This document shows, in pieces, positions 1-8,651 of a DNA stretch of 64,000 nt. The position numbers and the translations under genes were made by a program. Position 1 is the stretch's first letter, and each line of letters starts with the position of its first letter. The DNA is from Pseudobacteriovorax sp. (GTDB taxonomy: Bacteria; Bdellovibrionota_B; Oligoflexia; Oligoflexales; Oligoflexaceae): assembly GCA_050293845.1 (NCBI GenBank), contig JBNKNM010000002.1, positions 13,161 to 77,160 on the forward strand. The letters are read 5' to 3'. The notes below the pieces were generated by a model. The model did not search any database, was not told the origin of the DNA, and saw only the letters and a program-made list of their open reading frames with translations.

Positions 1-177
1 GGTTCACGAGAAGAGACGATCACGCGAGATCACCTGATTCAGCAAGCGTGGGAAGGAGCTGTTGTCTCTCGCAGAACTATTGACTCCCATATCTCTAGGC
101 TTAGAAAAAAACTAAAAAGCATCCCTTTAGAAATCGAAGGGATCTATGGTGGTGGTTATAGGATTATGGACATCTAA
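1..177 (+). CDS. OmpR/PhoB-family response regulator, C-terminal winged-helix fragment (5' end outside window)
   Basis: Frame 1 is open from base 1 to TAA at 175-177. It reads ...WEGAVVSRRTIDSHISRLRKKLKSIPLEIEGIYGGGYRIMDI. The RTIDxHIxRLRKKL...GxGY pattern is typical of OmpR-type wHTH domains. It is not in the ORF track because it has no start in the window. Confidence 0.7.
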   Translation, partial: GSREETITRDHLIQQAWEGAVVSRRTIDSHISRLRKKLKSIPLEIEGIYGGGYRIMDI

Positions 178-426
178 GCCCCTGCTATTGCGGGCAACAA
201 TAGCCTTACACTCTACAGTGGGGAAATGAGTCTCTATTGTGGATTTGACCCAAGCAGTGGTTTGGGTATCCAAAGAACAGATAGCGCAGGCTCCCCCCAG
301 GGCTATGGTGAGGGTTTGACCGTCAAAATCTATGATCTCAACAGTTCCACCATGCTTGCCGACCCCAGGTGTAATATGGGACTCCATAAACTCCTGAATT
401 TTATTAAGATTATCGATATTTATCAT
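127..426 (-). CDS. Nfu-type (NifU C-terminal domain) Fe-S cluster carrier
   Basis: HGGTVEIIDFDGQTLTIALGGACAICSL matches the Nfu domain with a CxxC pair (CAIC). Its ATG overlaps the upstream ORF stop by 4 nt. About 24 extra C-terminal codons overlap the convergent regulator gene. Confidence 0.75.
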   Translation of the reverse strand: MINIDNLNKIQEFMESHITPGVGKHGGTVEIIDFDGQTLTIALGGACAICSLDTQTTAWVKSTIETHFPTVECKAIVARNSRGLDVHNPITTTIDPFDF

Positions 427-776
427 TTTTGCCCCTGATTTAAGATTTTTTGCCAGGCTTGACGCTTATAAAATTTGCCCCGGAATTTTTTTTGATTGTG
501 GTTGTGCACTAAAAATCCGCGCCCCCTGTCATCATCTACCCACGTTATCGTCACATCCTTACAAAATATGTAGCTTTCAGAATCGATAATAATGGAGATA
601 GTATCTTGTTTGAACATGAGATCGCTCTCTTCAGGATCATCAAAAGTGACCCCATAGTAAAAACCATCACAGCCTTTTCCCTCGATGTAGAGACGCAGTG
701 ATTTGTTACGAAAATCATCATGACTTGCTTGATATGTTAAAGCTTGTTGATAGGCATCATGATCTAGTTTTATCAT
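423..776 (-). CDS. Degenerate A-type (IscA/HesB-like) Fe-S carrier domain protein, resembling the NfuA N-terminal domain
   Basis: LRLYIEGKGCDGFYYGVTFDD resembles the IscA GGCSGFQY block. The C-terminal F.V.N.N...CGCG motif is replaced by FLVHNHNQKKFRGKF, which has no Cys. The ORF overlaps the meaB 3' end by 20 nt. Confidence 0.5.
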   Translation of the reverse strand: MIKLDHDAYQQALTYQASHDDFRNKSLRLYIEGKGCDGFYYGVTFDDPEESDLMFKQDTISIIIDSESYIFCKDVTITWVDDDRGRGFLVHNHNQKKFRGKFYKRQAWQKILNQGQK

Positions 777-1752
777 GGGAACCTCCCTGTATGTATAGAG
801 ATTTTACGAAGTTACGAGCTGCTTCGCGAGGGGTTGCTGTATTGCTAGCAACTTGTGTTTTATACTGTTCGAAGCACTGGGAAGTATTTCTGTCATCCTG
901 AATGGTCTCGAGTATGAGCCGCGACACTTCCTCTTGGTACCATTGTACAGTCTGCTGATTGCGGTTGCTTGAAAATTGTCCGCTGACTTTGCGTTCATGC
1001 ACTAAATCATCCAATCGCTTTGTCAGTGCGTCGATGCCAATGTTCTCCAGGGCACTGACGAGAAGGACATGAGGTTTTGACTGCGGTTTTTGTTTATAGA
1101 TGAGGTTTAATGCCAGTTCCAGATCCACCTTAGCTCTTTGGGCTGCGAGTTTGTTTTTACCGTCGGCCTTATTGATAAGGATTAAGTCAGCGACCTCCAA
1201 GATTCCTTTTTTAATACCTTGCAACTCATCGCCGGCATTCGGTAGCTGTAAATAAACAAAAACATCCACCATCGAACGAACGGTATATTCCGATTGGCCA
1301 ACCCCAACGGTTTCCACAATAATAAAATCATAACCAGCCGCTTCACAGAGCAGTATCGCTTCCCTGGTATTTCGTGCGACTCCCCCTAAAGTGGTGCCAG
1401 CTGGGCTGGGGCGGATAAAGGCCTCCTGCTGACTAGCAAGCTGCTGCATTCTGGTTTTGTCACCTAGTATGCTACCTGCAGATAGGGGGGATGAGGGGTC
1501 CACAGCAAGAACAGCCAGTTTTTTACCAGCAGCAATCAGTTTCATACCCAAAGTTTCAATAAAGGTGCTTTTACCGACTCCCGGTGTACCGCTGATGCCG
1601 ATACGGACTGACTTTCCCGCATAGGGGAGGCTGTCCTGTAGGGTCTTATCGGCTTGGGCCCGTCTTGCTGGGGATTTACTTTCTACTAGGGTAATAGCTT
1701 GGCCCAGGGCGCGGCGATTTCCCGCTATGAGTTTTTTAACAAGTGTATCCAC
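757..1752 (-). CDS. meaB: Methylmalonyl-CoA mutase-associated G-protein chaperone MeaB/ArgK
   Basis: P-loop GISGTPGVGKSTFIE, the INKAD NKxD box, and 331 aa length. It lies immediately downstream of the mutase gene with a 1-nt gap. Confidence 0.9.
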   Translation of the reverse strand: MDTLVKKLIAGNRRALGQAITLVESKSPARRAQADKTLQDSLPYAGKSVRIGISGTPGVGKSTFIETLGMKLIAAGKKLAVLAVDPSSPLSAGSILGDKTRMQQLASQQEAFIRPSPAGTTLGGVARNTREAILLCEAAGYDFIIVETVGVGQSEYTVRSMVDVFVYLQLPNAGDELQGIKKGILEVADLILINKADGKNKLAAQRAKVDLELALNLIYKQKPQSKPHVLLVSALENIGIDALTKRLDDLVHERKVSGQFSSNRNQQTVQWYQEEVSRLILETIQDDRNTSQCFEQYKTQVASNTATPREAARNFVKSLYIQGGSHDKTRS

Positions 1753-1753
1753 C

Positions 1754-3895
1754 TTATCCTCTGGCTTTTTCGATCGTCTTGATAGTTTCTATGGCTGCTA
1801 AAGGGATGGGTGTTCCAGGGCCGAAAATGGCGCCGGCCCCTTGGCTGTAAAGAAACTCATAATCTTGCTCGGGTATGATCCCTCCGACAACGATCTGGAT
1901 ATCTCCAGCACCTTCCTTTTTCAGAGCTGTCTTGAGAGCCGGTACTAGGGTTTTATGGCCGGCTGCTTGCGATGATACTCCAATGACATGGACATCATTC
2001 TCGATCGCTTGTTTGGCTGCTTCCTCTGGAGTTTGGAAGAGCGGCCCCATATCCACATCAAAGCCAAGGTCAGCAAAACCGGTGGCAATAACCTTAGCAC
2101 CACGGTCATGGCCGTCCTGGCCCAATTTTACAATAAGAATACGGGGCTGTCGGCCCTCTGTTGAGGCAAACTCTTTAATGGCATCCTTAGCAGTTTCAAA
2201 CTGTTCATCCACTTGATATTCCCCGGAGTACACGCTTGTTACGGTGCGGATCGTAGCCTTATGCTCGCCAAATACTTTCCTGAGTGTATCAGATACTTCG
2301 CCTACGGTGGCACGAACTCGCATCGCCTCAATAGCAGCTGCCAGGAGGTTACCCTTACCAGCAGCAACCGCTTCAAGTTCTTGCAGACGTTTAGCAACCT
2401 CGTCGTTGTTCCTGGTTTTTTTAAGTTCATGCAAGCGTTTGATTTGGGATTCCCTGACAGCCGTATTGTCGATATCTAGGACCTCATAGGAGCTTTTTTC
2501 TTGCGTGCGATATTTATTGATCCCGACGATTGTGGATTGCGCACTGTCGATGCGGGCTTGCTTTTTTGCAGCGGCTTCTTCGATTTTAAGCTTAGGAAAC
2601 CCTGACTGAATCGCTTCAACCATACCACCCAATCCATCAATCTCCTTGATGATCTCTTTTGCCTTATTCACCAGTTTAGCAGTAAGCGATTCCATAAAAT
2701 AACTGCCACCAAAGGGGTCTACAACATGGGTTAAGTCGGTCTCCTCTTGGACAATGAGCTGGGTATTGCGGGCGAGCCGGGCTGAAAATGGAGTGGGCAG
2801 TCCCACAGCTTCATCAAAGGAGTTGGTGTGCAGGGATTGCGTTCCACCCAGGGTGGCTGCCATGGCCTCAATAGTGGTTCTGATGATGTTATTATAGGGA
2901 TCTTGTTCTGTTAAAGTATAACCTGAGGTTTGGCAGTGCGTTCTTAATATCAACGATTTTGGATTTTGCGGTTTGAATTCACCCATTAATTGGGACCAAA
3001 GAGTTCTCGCAGCTCTTAATTTAGCGATTTCCATATAAAAATTCATGCCTATGGCAAAGAAAAAAGATAGCCGCGGGGCAAAATCGTCCACATGCAAACC
3101 GCGGTTGAGGGCGGCTTTAACATATTCGACACCATCAGCCAAAGTGAAGGCCAACTCTATGGCTGAGTCAGCTCCCGCCTCCTGAATGTGATAACCGCTA
3201 ATACTGATGCTATTAAATTTAGGCATGTGCTTAGCGGTGTATTCGATAATATCTTCGACGATGCGCATGGAGGGTCGGGGAGGATAAATATAGGTATTGC
3301 GCACCATATATTCTTTTAGAATGTCATTTTGAATGGTTCCAGACAGCTTTTCGAGGCTTACCGCTTGCTCCTCACCAGCAACAATAAAGGCGGCAAGTAT
3401 AGGAATAACGGCCCCGTTCATCGTCATGGAAACGCTCATTTTATCTAAGGGAATTTGGTCGAATAAGATCTTCATATCTTCTACAGAATCGATGGCTACT
3501 CCAGCCTTGCCAACATCTCCAATGACACGGGGGTGATCTGAGTCATAACCGCGGTGGGTGGCCAGATCGAAGGCGACACTCAGTCCCTTTTGACCGGCTT
3601 TAAGATTTTGGCGATAGAACCGATTGGACTCTTCAGCTGTAGAAAATCCAGCGTATTGACGTATAGTCCAGGGCCGGTATGTATACATCGTGGCGCGAGG
3701 CCCGCGGGTAAAAGGGGCTTCGCCCGGAATATTGCGGGTATGGGGCAAGGATTCAATATCTTCCTGAAAATATATGGGCTTGATATCTATCCCCTCAGGA
3801 GTATGGCGTACCAAAGTTTCAGGGTCTTGCCCCTTAAGATCTTTTCTAGCCAATTCCTTCCATGATTCATAGGAGCTGCCATTGGGATTTTTCAT
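1754..3895 (-). CDS. scpA: Methylmalonyl-CoA mutase, single-chain form (substrate barrel plus B12-binding domain)
   Basis: Full-length similarity pattern to MCM ([30 protein letters not shown]...). The C-terminal cobalamin DxHxxG motif is present ([11 protein letters not shown]). The track ORF starts at 3961, but the ATG at 3895 (MKNPNG...) has AGGAGA 7 nt upstream, so I prefer 3895. Confidence 0.93.
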   Translation of the reverse strand: MKNPNGSSYESWKELARKDLKGQDPETLVRHTPEGIDIKPIYFQEDIESLPHTRNIPGEAPFTRGPRATMYTYRPWTIRQYAGFSTAEESNRFYRQNLKAGQKGLSVAFDLATHRGYDSDHPRVIGDVGKAGVAIDSVEDMKILFDQIPLDKMSVSMTMNGAVIPILAAFIVAGEEQAVSLEKLSGTIQNDILKEYMVRNTYIYPPRPSMRIVEDIIEYTAKHMPKFNSISISGYHIQEAGADSAIELAFTLADGVEYVKAALNRGLHVDDFAPRLSFFFAIGMNFYMEIAKLRAARTLWSQLMGEFKPQNPKSLILRTHCQTSGYTLTEQDPYNNIIRTTIEAMAATLGGTQSLHTNSFDEAVGLPTPFSARLARNTQLIVQEETDLTHVVDPFGGSYFMESLTAKLVNKAKEIIKEIDGLGGMVEAIQSGFPKLKIEEAAAKKQARIDSAQSTIVGINKYRTQEKSSYEVLDIDNTAVRESQIKRLHELKKTRNNDEVAKRLQELEAVAAGKGNLLAAAIEAMRVRATVGEVSDTLRKVFGEHKATIRTVTSVYSGEYQVDEQFETAKDAIKEFASTEGRQPRILIVKLGQDGHDRGAKVIATGFADLGFDVDMGPLFQTPEEAAKQAIENDVHVIGVSSQAAGHKTLVPALKTALKKEGAGDIQIVVGGIIPEQDYEFLYSQGAGAIFGPGTPIPLAAIETIKTIEKARG

Positions 3896-4330
3896 TAAAT
3901 TTCTCCTGGAAACCCGGTTCGTTAGGGCCGGGAGGAATGGAGAAGCCCTGCGGCGAGCCATCGCATCTTAGCTGCGAAATTCTCCATCAAAGTTAATGTA
4001 ATATTGCTAGCTGATAGCCTTGGGATACCAGCTTTGACCTTAACTAAGTGGGCCATGGATATCTCCGAGGGATATCCACTAGATCTTAATGGCGTCGATG
4101 TTCTGCGGTTTAAAAACCGGGGCTTCCGATATCTAGTTTTTCTTCCCGGCCTTGATCTGCGGTACATACGCCTCTGATTCCTCTTATCCTTAATGAATAC
4201 CTCTCCTTGAAGAGGGGACTCTCGTGATGATTCCATTGCATCTTGAGCCATCGATGGCGAAGATTGTAGTCAATATGCAAAGGATATTCTATAGATTGAT
4301 CAAATTCGCTTTGCAAGGAAGGATGGGTAA

Positions 4331-5062
4331 ATGAAGTGGACAAGTCATAGGGGATTGTGCGTTGATTGCGTGGAGAATACCCGTGGATCTTTCAAAAGAG
4401 CCATCGAGGCGGGTTTTTATGGGTTAGAAACGGACTTACGCTGCACCCAGGACGGAGTCATCGTGCTCCATCATGATCGGTCCATGGACAGGACGGCGGG
4501 TCTGGCGAAGAATATTGACGAGATGGTTTTTGAGGAATTTTCTTCCGTAGTTTTGACTGATAATCAAAAAGGATTGAGTTTTTTAGAGTTTATAGAAGAG
4601 TTTGCTGCCTTTCATTGGATATTTGATGTGAAGCCAGAAACAGCGACACAAGTAATCGAAGCTCTTAAGGGGTGGTGCCAGAAAACAGGAGCAGAATCCT
4701 GGTTGCTGTCCCATAGCCGCTTCCTACTTTGGTCTGAGCGCCATGAGTGCTATTTAAAGCGGTTATTCCCCAAAGCAACGACTTTAGCAAGGGAGGCTGA
4801 GTGCCAACGTGCTGGTATATCGCTGCTTTTGGGTCTTGGAAAAGTTGCGGGGATTAAAAAAGGTCGTATTTACGCCCTTCCTCCCCAATTTTTAGGCTTA
4901 AAACTTTTTAAAAAATCGTTTATTGAAAAGTATCAGCGCCGAGGTGCTAAAGTTCTGGCATACTTGCCAGAACATGATGGTGAAGTAGCAGCAGCGATGC
5001 GAGCTGGAGTCGATGAAATCCTGACTAATGGAAAGCCATGCAATTTAAATATCTCCTCTTAG
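4331..5062 (+). CDS. Glycerophosphodiester phosphodiesterase (GDPD) family protein
   Basis: SHRGL..ENTRGSFKRAIEAGFYGLETDLRCTQDGVIVLHHD is the canonical GDPD N-terminal signature. Confidence 0.8.
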   Translation: MKWTSHRGLCVDCVENTRGSFKRAIEAGFYGLETDLRCTQDGVIVLHHDRSMDRTAGLAKNIDEMVFEEFSSVVLTDNQKGLSFLEFIEEFAAFHWIFDVKPETATQVIEALKGWCQKTGAESWLLSHSRFLLWSERHECYLKRLFPKATTLAREAECQRAGISLLLGLGKVAGIKKGRIYALPPQFLGLKLFKKSFIEKYQRRGAKVLAYLPEHDGEVAAAMRAGVDEILTNGKPCNLNISS

Positions 5063-5880
5063 GGTGTCTTTATTACATCCTTTGCGCTCCCCAAGTTGCG
5101 GGGCGGGAAAGCAAGGAAGAAAAACGCCAGCATACCTACAGGCTCCGCAGGTTTATACAGCTTGTTGACTTTACTATGGACGATCACGGGCAGCCCGCAT
5201 CGTTGAGAAAGGCTAGGGTGTCTGAATTGTCTGAAATGTTTGCTTTAGTAAAGGCGAAGCTTTCGCAGAAACGAGGCGATGATTTCAATAATTATTTTGC
5301 AGCCTATCAGAGCTCTTTAATGACAGCTATGGCAAAAGATTCACGACCACATCGGGAGGCTTTTCTCGCCCTGAGATCCCAAACATTGAAGATGTTTAAG
5401 GTGGTGTCTACGCCAGCTTTGGTACCTGATAATGACTTAGGACATCAAACCTATGTCAAATTCTGTATGAGCTGCCATGGAAAAGCAGGCCGTGGGGATG
5501 GGAGGTTTACCCAGAATCCTAGCATGCCAATGGTGCCTAGTCCGAAGGACTTTTCGCAGCAGATAGACGCTGGCGTGCGTTCGCCTTTTTCGTACTTCAA
5601 CACTCTTCTTATGGGATCACCGGGAACTGCTATGAGATCTTACGAAAAATCTCTGACCAAGCACGAAATGTGGTCTTTAGCGTTTTTCATTGCGAAATAT
5701 CCTGATATTATTGGTGAAAGCTATGCTCCCCCCTACTCCATGTCAGTCACTCTGAACGATCTTGCCACAAAGACAAATGCTGACCTCGTGCACGCCCTCT
5801 CTCCTGGTGGAAACAATAGGAAATTTCTCTACTATATGAGAAATGTTGCGAGTTTCTCAAAAAAACTTCCTCGCAAGTAG
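5038..5880 (+). CDS. Secreted c-type cytochrome (single CxxCH heme site) with an N-terminal helical domain
   Basis: N-terminal signal-like segment (LLLGCLYYILCAPQVAG), a CMSCHGKAGRGDG heme-binding motif, and a downstream GSPGTAMRSY candidate Met ligand. It overlaps the GDPD gene by 25 nt. Confidence 0.7.
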   Translation: MQFKYLLLGCLYYILCAPQVAGRESKEEKRQHTYRLRRFIQLVDFTMDDHGQPASLRKARVSELSEMFALVKAKLSQKRGDDFNNYFAAYQSSLMTAMAKDSRPHREAFLALRSQTLKMFKVVSTPALVPDNDLGHQTYVKFCMSCHGKAGRGDGRFTQNPSMPMVPSPKDFSQQIDAGVRSPFSYFNTLLMGSPGTAMRSYEKSLTKHEMWSLAFFIAKYPDIIGESYAPPYSMSVTLNDLATKTNADLVHALSPGGNNRKFLYYMRNVASFSKKLPRK

Positions 5881-6034
5881 TAATCTCATCTTATCTTCAT
5901 GTTTTTGCTTCTATAGAGCTGAGAAGATGGGCTTGTCAGATACATAGGAGCTGTATTATACCTAGCCCACAATTTTTAGACAGGAATCGTTAGAGCCTTT
6001 AAAAGCACTTTTGCATTTTATACGAGGTGTACCA

Positions 6035-6493
6035 ATGGACGTTTTACAGTACATTATAGACTATCAAGTAAGACTAAAAGAGCAGGCTGATAGCTTCCTA
6101 ACGGATGGTGGACAAAAACTTGAAAAGTGGGACCAGCTTAAAAAAACTCTTTATAGCAAGTCGAAGATCGATAGAGATTACTTATTTCCAGAGGTGGCAG
6201 AGCTCTCGAACCTTGCCAATAGTACGGTAAAAAAATCCATAGCGCTTTTAGCTAAAGTGGACGATTTGCTAGAGCGTGCGGATGTTGTTATGCAAAAGGG
6301 GGATCAGGTTTCTTTCCTGGAGCTTGTTGTGTCAATTAAATTAGCTCTTACGGTCTACTTTGACTTTATCCAGAAGGAAATGCTTCCTATAATCCGAAGT
6401 AAAATGCCTACTTATGTAAGGGAAGAGCTCTCTGAAGTGCTGGATGATATGGTTAATGAAGATATAGAATCTGGTGTAGCATTGTATGCATAA
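6035..6493 (+). CDS. Hypothetical protein (predicted helical, no recognised motif)
   Basis: Long ORF. I prefer the internal ATG at 6035, preceded by GAGGTG, over the TTG at 6011. I recognise no family. Confidence 0.45.
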   Translation: MDVLQYIIDYQVRLKEQADSFLTDGGQKLEKWDQLKKTLYSKSKIDRDYLFPEVAELSNLANSTVKKSIALLAKVDDLLERADVVMQKGDQVSFLELVVSIKLALTVYFDFIQKEMLPIIRSKMPTYVREELSEVLDDMVNEDIESGVALYA

Positions 6494-6638
6494 TGGATGT
6501 TGTGGCCGATCAGGAAAGTAAATCCTTGACGGTCATAGCGATCTCATGTAACAAAGCTCTTTCCTAGCATTGGGTTGCATGTCATCCCGGATTATCAAAC
6601 GGAAGTTAGCCAGTAGCTAAGTATAGATAGGTCCAGAT

Positions 6639-7028
6639 ATGAAAAACAGCATCATTTCAGCTTTTGAAAAGAAAAAATTTGAAAAAGAACCAAACCTTCC
6701 CGAGTTTAGACCCGGAGATACTGTGAAGGTTCATTATAGAATCCAAGAAGGTGCTGATAAGAGTAAGTTTCGTATCCAGCCCTTTGAGGGGGTTGTTATC
6801 CGCTTTAAAAAAGGTGGAGTTGAGTCAACCTTTACTGTGCGCAAAGTGGGAGCCAACGGTGTAGGTGTAGAGCGGGTTTTTCCCATTTACTCTCCGAACA
6901 TTTCCAAAATTGATGTTTTGGCCTCTGGTGTTGTCCGCCGGTCACGACTTTTTTACTTACGAGAGCTTTCTGGAAAAGCTGCCCGTATCAAAAGTCGCTA
7001 TATCCCGCGAAAAAAAAGCAGCAAGTAG
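6639..7028 (+). CDS. rplS: 50S ribosomal protein L19
   Basis: [16 protein letters not shown]...[23 protein letters not shown]...[11 protein letters not shown] is the L19 signature. There is no trmD/rimM upstream in this window. Confidence 0.95.
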   Translation: MKNSIISAFEKKKFEKEPNLPEFRPGDTVKVHYRIQEGADKSKFRIQPFEGVVIRFKKGGVESTFTVRKVGANGVGVERVFPIYSPNISKIDVLASGVVRRSRLFYLRELSGKAARIKSRYIPRKKSSK

Positions 7029-7032
7029 CAAG

Positions 7033-7392
7033 TTAAGCTTGGATGTGGCTATAGCGATATAGTCTTTGCATACGGCTTCCTGTAACTACAAAAAGGTCTA
7101 TTCTAAGATAAGAAACCTCTATCGAGGAATGGTCAATATAGCGCAGAGCTCCTTTTTTGATTCTTTGGAGCTGAGCGCTGCTGACAATATTTTGCATGAT
7201 GCAGGTTTCCGGATTAAAGCTCTTCCTAAACTTCACTTCTCCCATCAGAAGCGTTCCCTCGCTATCCAAAGCTAAGATATCGATTTCAAAGCCACGGCCG
7301 CGATAATTGCGCGCACAGATATGCCATCCTTGCTGGCGTAATAAGCCGCTAACAGCGGCTTCGGCTCGCCTGGCCTTACTGAATGCTGCCAT
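7033..7392 (-). CDS. YraN-family (UPF0102) endonuclease-like protein
   Basis: About 119 aa with GFEIDILALD...GEVKFRKS...RIDLFVV, the restriction-endonuclease-like D..(E)VK pattern of YraN. It is downstream of rnhB and overlaps it by 17 nt, a common pairing. Confidence 0.7.
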   Translation of the reverse strand: MAAFSKARRAEAAVSGLLRQQGWHICARNYRGRGFEIDILALDSEGTLLMGEVKFRKSFNPETCIMQNIVSSAQLQRIKKGALRYIDHSSIEVSYLRIDLFVVTGSRMQRLYRYSHIQA

Positions 7393-8032
7393 TTTTTACC
7401 ATACGGGCAACGGGAGCAAAGTTGCGCCGATGGAGTGGGCAGATACCGTGCTCGGCAATGCCCCTGAGGTGTTTGGCTGTGCCATAACCAACATTAGCGG
7501 AGAAGTCATAAGCAGGGTATTTTTGTGCTTGGCCTCGCATTAGCTCATCCCGTGCTTCCTTGGCAAGGATAGAGGCGGCGGCAATAGCAAAGCATAGGGC
7601 ATCACCCCCTACAATGGCCCGTTGCTCACCCCCATAACGGGGTAAAGGGTGCTTACCATCTAGTAGCAGCAGGTCTGGACTGGATGGGCACTGCCGCATG
7701 GCGCGTCTCATAGCTCGAAATGTCGCGGGGACGATGCCGTATTTTTCGATCTCCCGGGCTGAAGAAGAACTGACACCCCATTCTTTGCTAATATTATGGA
7801 TAATCGGAATAATACTTTGTCTTTGCTTCTGACTTAGGGTTTTAGAGTCGCGGATTAATTCTTTTTCACGAACGCTAAGTTTATCCAGAAGAGAATAATC
7901 AAGGGCGACACAAGCAGCAAATACAGGACCCGCGAGGCAGCCTCGGCCGACTTCATCTACGCCGAAAATGATGGAGTACTGCTTGAGAAAGTCCGCTTCT
8001 ATTTTTCCTTTTTTAGGGGGGAGAACTGTCAT
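7376..8032 (-). CDS. rnhB: Ribonuclease HII
   Basis: GVDEVGRGCLAGPVFAACV catalytic DE motif, ASILAKEARD, and 218 aa length. Confidence 0.92.
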   Translation of the reverse strand: MTVLPPKKGKIEADFLKQYSIIFGVDEVGRGCLAGPVFAACVALDYSLLDKLSVREKELIRDSKTLSQKQRQSIIPIIHNISKEWGVSSSSAREIEKYGIVPATFRAMRRAMRQCPSSPDLLLLDGKHPLPRYGGEQRAIVGGDALCFAIAAASILAKEARDELMRGQAQKYPAYDFSANVGYGTAKHLRGIAEHGICPLHRRNFAPVARMVKNGSIQ

Positions 8033-8345
8033 GATGTAGTCTTTCGATAAACTCTCTTAGTTTAACCCTAGGATGACGGCCTAATACCCTGTCTGTAACC
8101 ACTCCTTCCTTTAAGGCGAAGAGAGATGGAATTTTTGTGACTCCTAGGCTGGCCGGTATGTTAGCATTTTCATCGATATCCATACAAAAGAAACTTACCT
8201 TATCTTGGTATGAATCTGCTAGCTCTTCCAATATTTCGCGGATCGGTTGGCAGGGCTTGGACCAAGGAGCGTAAAAAAAGATCACAGCAGGATGACTCAA
8301 CGTGCTGGTAACGTGATCGTAATTAGTATCGCTGATTTTTTCCAT
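8013..8345 (-). CDS. Thioredoxin-fold protein with a non-canonical WSKPC (SxxC) active site
   Basis: VIFFYAPWSKPCQPI...FFCMDIDEN...KIPSLFALKEG follows the thioredoxin layout, including the cis-Pro (IPS). The first Cys of WCGPC is Ser (TCC codon at 8259-8261, minus strand). Confidence 0.7.
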   Translation of the reverse strand: MEKISDTNYDHVTSTLSHPAVIFFYAPWSKPCQPIREILEELADSYQDKVSFFCMDIDENANIPASLGVTKIPSLFALKEGVVTDRVLGRHPRVKLREFIERLHHDSSPP

Positions 8346-8360
8346 CGGTGTTCCTTTCTA

Positions 8361-8651
8361 TTAAAGGTCGATCCGCCGTCTTGATTTGGCAATGAGAATA
8401 CGACAAACTTTCTGGTCGATAATCTTTAGGCTAGGGGGATAGGACCAGTCTTGGCGCTCCTTAAAAAATTGAGGAATGATCTCAGAAAGGATCAATAGGA
8501 GCTGGTCTTCCTCACCTTCTGCAAGACGGAGCCACTTGCCGATGTATTCGTATTCAATATAGGGGAGTACGTGTCCTTTTTTACGGTGGGACAAGATAAA
8601 CTGGGCGACTAAGTGCCTACCTGTTAGGTTTTGTTCGGGAATAAAGCTCAT
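8361..8651 (-). CDS. Hypothetical protein (96 aa)
   Basis: ORF whose ATG overlaps the upstream stop by 1 nt (TAATG). No recognised motif. Confidence 0.45.
   Translation of the reverse strand: MSFIPEQNLTGRHLVAQFILSHRKKGHVLPYIEYEYIGKWLRLAEGEEDQLLLILSEIIPQFFKERQDWSYPPSLKIIDQKVCRILIAKSRRRIDL

Noticed and set aside
1875-3865. Several 67-113-aa plus-strand ORFs antisense to the methylmalonyl-CoA mutase gene
   Set aside because: These are shadow ORFs of a well-supported gene. The sequences are low-complexity and Ser/Ala/Pro-rich, and no starts have an SD.
3896-3961. N-terminal extensions of track ORFs: mutase 3961, ppx 21147, queG 27678, DUF4340 40335, GMC 46267, dehydrogenase 13695, hydrolase 58111
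   Set aside because: In each case an internal ATG has a good SD and/or forms an ATGA/GTGA junction with the upstream stop. The extension encodes non-homologous residues overlapping the neighbour.
3896-4330. Cobalamin riboswitch hypothesis for the mutase leader
   Set aside because: I looked on both strands for the ordered AGGGAA / GGTG..AATCC / CCCGC.ACTGT / GCCACTG / AGCCAG.AGACCTGCC elements. I found only scattered partial resemblances (for example ggcccact and ggaagccccgg), in the wrong order. An Infernal scan would be decisive.
3922-4343. 109-aa and 77-aa minus-strand ORFs in the mutase upstream region
   Set aside because: The composition is Arg/Lys-rich and low-complexity (RRMYRRSRPGRKTRYRKPRF). 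They have no SD and overlap the better-supported mutase start region. I treat the region as non-coding, possibly structured RNA.
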